Of a DNA stretch of 64,000 nt, positions 58,043 through 64,000 are shown piece by piece. Position numbers and translations under genes: made by a program. Location: contig JANHCV010000008.1 in NCBI GenBank assembly GCA_025594325.1, positions 1,364,001 to 1,428,000 on the forward strand, in the 5' to 3' direction. The notes beneath the pieces were generated by a model. It made no database searches and had not been told where the DNA came from. It saw nothing but the letters and a program-made list of their open reading frames with translations. Source of the stretch: Blastocladiella emersonii ATCC 22665. Its lineage: Eukaryota; Fungi; Blastocladiomycota. Position 1 is the stretch's first letter, and each line of letters opens with the position of its first letter.

Positions 58043-61000
58043 TCACCTCCCCCCAGACCGTGACCTGAGCGACTTGACGAACCCTTGGTGCACCGCGTTC
58101 TTGAGCTGGCGACCGGACCGGCTGCGCGTGATGGACGACGGCGGGTCGGGCGAGGGTGAGCGCGCGCGCTTTGGGTTGGCGCGGGCGGGCGATGAGGCGG
58201 CTGACGACTGCGTGACTGAGAACTGAGACTTGTTGGCCGAGACTTGGCGAGGAGCAGGATCTTGGCGTGGAGCGGGCACAGGGGAAGACGCGGCGACCTT
58301 GGGGGCGAGACGCTGCAGCGAACGCTGGCGCTCGAACCAGGTGTTGGCCGAGATCTTCTTGTGGTAGTCGTTGATGGCGCCGGCGGTGTCGAAGCTGCTG
58401 GCGGGGATCCACGAGTTCTTGGCGGAGCGATCGGACCAGCGGACCAGGTACTCGCGCTCGCCGTTCGCGCCGTCGCGATGACGGAGGATGTCGCGCACGG
58501 TGTCCGATTCGCCCAAAGGCGCCGACTCGGGCTGGATGAGGCGCAGGTGGTGCGCGGGGTAGATGGACTCGGTCATGAGCTTGAGGTGAGCGAGCTGCTC
58601 CTGCTTGGTCATGTCGCGGAGGGGCGGCTGCGCGCGGTAGTCGCGGAGCGCGTTGGCGGGACGCGCGAACATGAGCGAGAAGGGCGTCGAGCCGTGGCGC
58701 GCGTGCGCGCGCGTGTTGTAGGCGTACTGGATGGCCGGGACCATGGCGGGCCAGCGGTTGAGCTGCCCGTTGAGCGAGGGGAGCAGCACCTCCTTGACCG
58801 AGCGAACGAGACGCTCCGAGGCGCCGTTGGCCTGCGGGTGGTACGGCGACACAAGGCAGCGGTTGATGCCGGCCATGTCGGCGAGCGAGGCGATGATCTG
58901 GTTGGCAAACTCGGGGCCGTTGTCGGACTGGATGATGCGCGGGAAACCGAACTGGAAGCACGTGGCCAGGAAGCAGGTGGCGACCTCGCCGGCAGACGCG
59001 GAGTGGATCGGGTGTAGCCACGCGAACCGGGTGCAGATGTCAATGATCACGAGCACGTGCGTGTATCCGTCGGGCGAGATGGGCAGCTGCATGCAGTCCA
59101 TGGACAGGTGGTCGAGCGGCAGCAGCGCCTCAATCGAGCGCATCGGGTGGAAACCCTGCCGCGTGGCCGAGAACCGCGCGCACGGGATGCAACCGGCAAT
59201 GACGCGCTGGCAGTCGGCGAGCATGCCAGGCCATTCGTGGCTGAGGACGACGAGCTGCTGCTGTGTGGCCGCGGGACCCGAGTGGCCCCAGTTGTGCACG
59301 TCGCGGATGATTTGGTCGCGCTGGTCACGCGGAACGGGCGCCGTGTTGAGGCGCTGCGCGGGCGGGACGGTGCCGATGGGCGAGAACTTGGGCCGCGGCG
59401 CGCTACCCTCGGGGGCGGGTGCGGCGGCGACAACGCGGGCGTGCACGGCGGGCGCGGGTGTTGAAGAAGAGCTGCCCCCATGGGTGGGTGCGGCAGCGAA
59501 AGCGCGGGCCCGCTCCGCAGGCGGGAGCGAGGCCGGCGCGAGGAAGAAGTGTCGAGCACGATTCTCCGCAAGGGAGAGATCGTGCGTCATGAGCTGCTCG
59601 AGCTCGCCGTCGCCGAGGGCACACTCGGGGAGAGACGGCGCGGGTGTTGAAGAAGAGCTGCCCCCATGGGTGGGTGCGGCAGCAAAAGCGCGGGCCCGCT
59701 CCGCGGGCAGGAGCGAGGCCGGCGCGAGGAAAAAGTGTTGAGCACAATTCTCCGCGAGGGAGAGATTGTGCGTCATGAGCTGCTCGAGCTCGCTGTCGCC
59801 GAGGGCACACTCGGGGAGAGACGGCGCGGGAGAGGATCCAGAGGGACCCCCCCCCCACCAGCGGGCGCCCACGGGGGGAACGCGATACAGGACAACGGCC
59901 GGCGCGGTTGATGGCGACGAGATGGGCACGGGCGTCGGTATTATACAGGCGCGACAGGATGTCGGGCAGCACGTTCAGGACGCTGGGGAGGTGCGTGACC
60001 AAGAACGAGAGGGAGAGCAGCGTGTCGAGCCAGTTTTCGAGGATGGGTGACAGGCGCTTCTGCGTGAACATGTGGGTGAGCGCCGCGTGGTCCGTGAACA
60101 ACGCGAAACGGCGGCCGTGGAGGTAGTAGAAGAAGCGAGTGAGCGCGAAGACGATGCCGAGGAGCTCGCGCTTGGTGGCCGAGTAGTTCTGCTCGGCGGG
60201 CTGCAGAGAGCGAGAGGCAAACGAGATGTAGCGCGGGGACTCGCGGCTACCCTGGAACAGGACGGCGCCGAGACCGACGTTCGAGGCGTTGGTAGCGACG
60301 AAGAACGGCTTGGAGAAATCAGGCGGCGCGAGACACGGGGCGGCGGCGGCGGCGACGGCGGCCTTTAAGGCGAGGAACGCCTGCTCGCACTTGTCGGTCC
60401 ACACGTTGCGGACGTTGAGGTCGATGCGCTTGAGGTTGCGCAGCGCGTCAAGCGGGTGCATGAGGACCGCGGCGAGCGGGATGTAGGCGCGCAGGTAGTT
60501 GACGAGGCTGAGGAACTTCTGGACCTGGTTGCCGGACGTTGGACGCGGCCAGTCGCGGATCGAGACGACCTTGGCCTCGGCAGGCTGCACGCCCTCGGCC
60601 GAGACGACGTGGCTGAGCAGGTGCACGCGTGCGCAGTAGAAGAAGCACTTGGCGGGGTTGAGGCGGAGGTTCCACCGCGTGAGATGGTAGACGACGAGGA
60701 CGAGGTGCTGCGTGTGCTCCTTGACCAAGGCCGAGAAGATGACGAGATCGTTGATGAAGACGCGCACAAACGGCATGTCGTGGAAGATGTTGGACATGAC
60801 GGCCCGGAACTGCGCCAAGAGGGTCTTGATGCCAAACGGGCCGCGCGAAGACGACATCGGGCTGGATAGAGCCGGAATGATGTTGTCAAGGAACAGGTCT
60901 GCACGCACGGTCAGGAACGCCGGGTAGCACCGAGAAGGCTCGCTGCGAACGGGCGTGCGGTTCGCCGCAGCCAAACAAGCGCGCGAAGGCGACATTGGGC

Positions 61001-61232
61001 TGGATAGAGCCGGAATGATGTTGTCGAGGAACAGGTCTGCACGCACGGTCAGGAACGCCGGGTAGCACCAAGAAGGCTCGCTGCGAACGGGCGTGCAGTT
61101 CGCCGCAGCCAAACGAGCGCGCGAAGACGACATCAGGCTGGATAGAGCCGGAATGATGAGGTCAGGGATATTATTATTGTGAGTGACAAGCGCCACGTAC
61201 AGGTTGCGGATGGACGCGCGTGCCCAGGTCAC
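58043..61232 (-). pseudogene. pol remnant: RT C-half, RNase H, integrase with chromodomain
   Basis: FINDL (YxDD mutated), ATNAS, TDH; HHCC, LSMD/QSDNG/GASE triad; VRDILRHR..EYLVRW..NSWIP chromodomain; 138-bp and 186-bp tandem duplications; frameshift near 59900. Confidence 0.88.
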
Positions 61233-61577
61233 AAAAATGTGGGCGTGCCCAGCCAGTCAGGGTCGACCGCACCGGCGCCATCGTGCTCACGGCGCGCACC
61301 AGAGCGGGCGGGGGCGGCGAAATGCGCAACGGGACCGAGGCGGCCGCAAAGGGGATCGTTGCGGGTGACGGTGGCGGCGCGGGCCGAGGTGGGGCCAAGG
61401 CAGGAGCCAACGATGATGTGGTAGAACTTGTCAAGCAGGTGCGCGAACAGGCTGGTGGGGGACGCCGGCAGGAGGGCGAGGACACGGAGGTGGTGGGCGA
61501 GCAGGGGCTGGGAGCGGGGAATGCCGTCGACCGCGCGGGCAGGCAAGGAGACGAACTCGGAGCGGGAGCGCTCGAGG

Positions 61578-62960
61578 TCATCCGCCAAACTTGGTCTCAA
61601 GACCCGCGGGCCAGACGGGCGCCACGGCCGCATGGTAGTTGCGCGGGGCGCGCTCGCGCACAGCGGAGCGGGAGCGCGAGCGCTGACGCTCGTCGCTGCC
61701 GCCATGGTCACGATTGTGGCGGTCGTTGGGCACAGCGAGAAGCGCGCGCAGGGCGTCGTGGGACGCGCGGTCGTCACGGCCGGCCTTGCCCTTGTCGTAG
61801 TGGCTGCTCTTGTTGTGGGCGCCGCCGCCGTGGTGGTTGTTGTAGTTGTTGTTGTTCTTGTTGTCGTAGTTGTTGTAGTTGTTGTTGTTGTTGTTGTAGT
61901 TGTTGTTGTTCTTGTTCTTGTCCTTGTCCTTGTCCTTGTCGCCCGACTTGGTGCGCGCGGCCGGCACAGCAGACAAGGCGTTGCCAGCGTCGCCGGCGGG
62001 CGCCTTGCTGCGCGAGGCGATCTGGACGTAGCCGTGGGGGCCAATGAGGTTGACGAGCGTGAGCGGGGTGCGCTTGGAGGTGGCGGTGCCAAGCGTGTGG
62101 CAGAGGGCGTTGTAGACGTCGTCCTTGATGCCCTTGACCGAGTTGAGGAACAAGGAGAGGAGCGCGGGAGGCAGGTGGCCGGTGGGATCCAGGCAACCCC
62201 CCTCGCGGAGACGCCAGACAAACACAACGCAGTGGCGCTCAAGGGTGAGGCCCAGAGTGGCGGGGAACGAGAGGTCGAGGTAGCGGACGATGGCAGCGCG
62301 GTCCATGTGGTCAAAGAAGTGGGCGATCAGCTGGTGCTCCTCGAGACCGGCGCCCTCGCGGACCATCAACTTGTACACGACCTGGGCGTTGTGGCCAACG
62401 GTGGTGGTGGCGGCGTCGAGCAGCTTGTACAGGTCGTGCAGCGGGTAGAGGTCGCGGAGGTTGCGGAGGAAGGTGGCTGGGTCTCGGCAGTTGCCGCGGG
62501 TCTGGTGGCGGAAGTTGATGCGGGTGCTCTCAATGTCGGCGCGCAGCTGCTTGTTGACACTGGTGGTCGACGCGGCGGGAGCGGCTGGCAAGGCGGCGGC
62601 CGGCGCGGCCGGGGGCGCCCCGGCGGGCAGCATGTCGACGGCGAGGTTGATCATGTTGTTGTAGCGCGAGTGCGCGGCGATGAGCGCGTCCAGCGCCTTG
62701 GCGGCCTGGGCCTGCAGCTTGGGCGGGTGGGTGGCCGATGTGCCGTTGCCCTGGGACGGCGCGGGTTGCGCAGCGGCGTTGATGGCGGCTGAGCAGGCAG
62801 CGAACTGCTCAGCGAGTAGCTGGCGCAGCTCAGCGGCGCGCGCGCGTGCGGCGGGCACGGCCTGGGGGTCCTTGGCCGCGGCGCTGCATGTGCCGGGGAG
62901 CGCGGAGATGTCGCTGCAGAGCGCCGGCGAGATGGTGAAGGTGGTGGGGTTCGAGGCCAT
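61578..62960 (-). CDS. Retrotransposon gag (with Asn-rich microsatellite expansion)
   Basis: ORF starting just inside the 5' LTR; (AAC)n tract at ~61830-61930. Confidence 0.7.
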   Translation of the reverse strand: MASNPTTFTISPALCSDISALPGTCSAAAKDPQAVPAARARAAELRQLLAEQFAACSAAINAAAQPAPSQGNGTSATHPPKLQAQAAKALDALIAAHSRYNNMINLAVDMLPAGAPPAAPAAALPAAPAASTTSVNKQLRADIESTRINFRHQTRGNCRDPATFLRNLRDLYPLHDLYKLLDAATTTVGHNAQVVYKLMVREGAGLEEHQLIAHFFDHMDRAAIVRYLDLSFPATLGLTLERHCVVFVWRLREGGCLDPTGHLPPALLSLFLNSVKGIKDDVYNALCHTLGTATSKRTPLTLVNLIGPHGYVQIASRSKAPAGDAGNALSAVPAARTKSGDKDKDKDKNKNNNNYNNNNNNYNNYDNKNNNNYNNHHGGGAHNKSSHYDKGKAGRDDRASHDALRALLAVPNDRHNRDHGGSDERQRSRSRSAVRERAPRNYHAAVAPVWPAGLETKFGG

Positions 62961-63203
62961 GCGGAAAACTACTTGAAGAAAATGTTGACGCCGACAGAAA
63001 GAGGCGGGAGACAAGTAGTCAGGGATGTCTATTCCTGCCTTCGGCCCCGAACCCAAGACGGGGAGAGGGGAGAAAGGATAACAAAGCAGGGCGCGCCGCA
63101 GCGGGGTGCGGCGGCGCGGGAGCGAGGGATTGCAGGCGGCTCACGCGAGATCAGATGATTGATCACCGCGGTCGTGGACACATGAACGACACGCAACAAT
63201 GGA

Positions 63204-64000
63204 CACGCTGCAACGCGCGGAAAATGTGACAGTGGGACCATGACTCGGGCCATTGATTCAGTTTCCCCTGACGTGAGCCGATTGCTTTGCGGCTACCTCT
63301 CGCTCAAGGTCGCCATTCCACGCTCTCTCGCGTTCAATATGCCCGTACTGCGCTCGCTTGAGGCTTTGCTCGAGCGGGACGCCGCTATGGAAGCAGTCAC
63401 CGACTTCTTGTGTGGATTTGCCGAATCCGAAGGCGCTGTTGACATTTCCCCTATCCTCTGCCGTCAACACATCCTTGAAGAGTACAAGGTAATGTGGGGC
63501 CTGGCTGCCTCGAGCGGCACGCTCACACATCCGCTTACCTTGGCTAAGCGGATCTTCGTCATTCTTGCGCAAGCGCGTCAGCACTTGATTTTCCTCGCTT
63601 GCGTTGCCGACCATCTCAGTGCCGCGCTCGGTTCCACTTGCATTGACGCTCCCGCGGGGGCAGACCGACTTCACCTCATGGCGGCCGTCGATCGCCTGAA
63701 TCGCACCGAGTGGGTGCAGTGCGTGACCTGGTTCGCAAATGCGATTCCAGCGCCGGACCTGCATCGGCTGACTCTTACGACAGATAACGAGACCAGGAAA
63801 GCGCTCTACCGTCTCCGCGCGTCCATGGGCCCGCACCCGCTTGATCTGTTTCTCCTCTCCCTCTGGTCGCCTATTTGCCTCGAGGCGTACCCTGCTCTCC
63901 GACCCTTCGCAGTTGACTTGACTGCTTGCCACGGTGCCAGCCGGGCAGCAACGATTGCCGCGCTCACCGATCCAAGCTATCGCGCGCGCGTGATCGAGCG
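63204..64000 (+). pseudogene. Family B copy 3, 3' part (runs off window end)
   Basis: After the TSD the frame continues HAATRGKCDSGTMTRAIDSV...VLRSLEALL...LACVADHL, colinear with copy 2 (YTPREKCDSATMTRAVNSV). Confidence 0.8.

Larger units (their letters stand above)
57827..63198 (-). mobile_element. Ty3/Gypsy chromovirus LTR retrotransposon (defective)
   Basis: 216-bp LTRs (57827-58042, 62983-63198; 4 differences), TGTTG...CAACA termini, ATGGA 5-bp TSD, polypurine tract at 58043-58053, gag, partial RT, RNase H, integrase, chromodomain. Confidence 0.95.

Noticed and set aside
75-63932. Many long ORFs antisense to or overlapping real genes (e.g. 1748..2773, 10640..11938, 17317..18675, 45267..46460, 61428..62792, 63258..63932)
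   Set aside because: Shadow ORFs caused by high GC3 codon bias on the opposite strand; no independent motifs
1-64000. rRNA, tRNA or CRISPR features
   Set aside because: None recognisable by eye; a tRNAscan/Infernal run would be needed to exclude small RNAs

Overview
GC-rich eukaryotic DNA, almost certainly fungal. It has short GTACGC/GTATGC...YAG spliceosomal introns and chitin-synthase-type genes; the gene-family content suggests an early-diverging, possibly blastoclad-like fungus (inference only). The window is a rapidly evolving accessory region made of three expanded orphan families undergoing birth and death: (A) eight copies plus a remnant of an intronless ~470-490 aa Gag/capsid-like gene with a CX2CX12HX4C finger and no LTRs or pol; (B) three to four copies of a large gene whose N-terminal domain looks like a catalytically dead Ulp1/C48 protease; (C) three to four copies of an ankyrin-like + RNI-type LRR gene. 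Also present: an MLKL-like TKL kinase apparently spliced to a captured Ran-binding domain, two chitin-synthase-like paralogues with a gene-converted core, a gene whose 10 introns are all phase 2, a decayed Helitron-type PIF1 helicase, an ABCG fragment, a complete PIF/Harbinger transposon, a solo LTR and a chromoviral Ty3/Gypsy element showing CpG hypermutation. The most striking non-coding signal is a composite element GACGCGTC-N7-CACGTG (MCB-like + E-box-like) with invariant 7-bp spacing. I found it 17 times, usually in one orientation ~80-105 bp upstream of the start codons of these unrelated families. All calls are from manual reading; no database searches were run.
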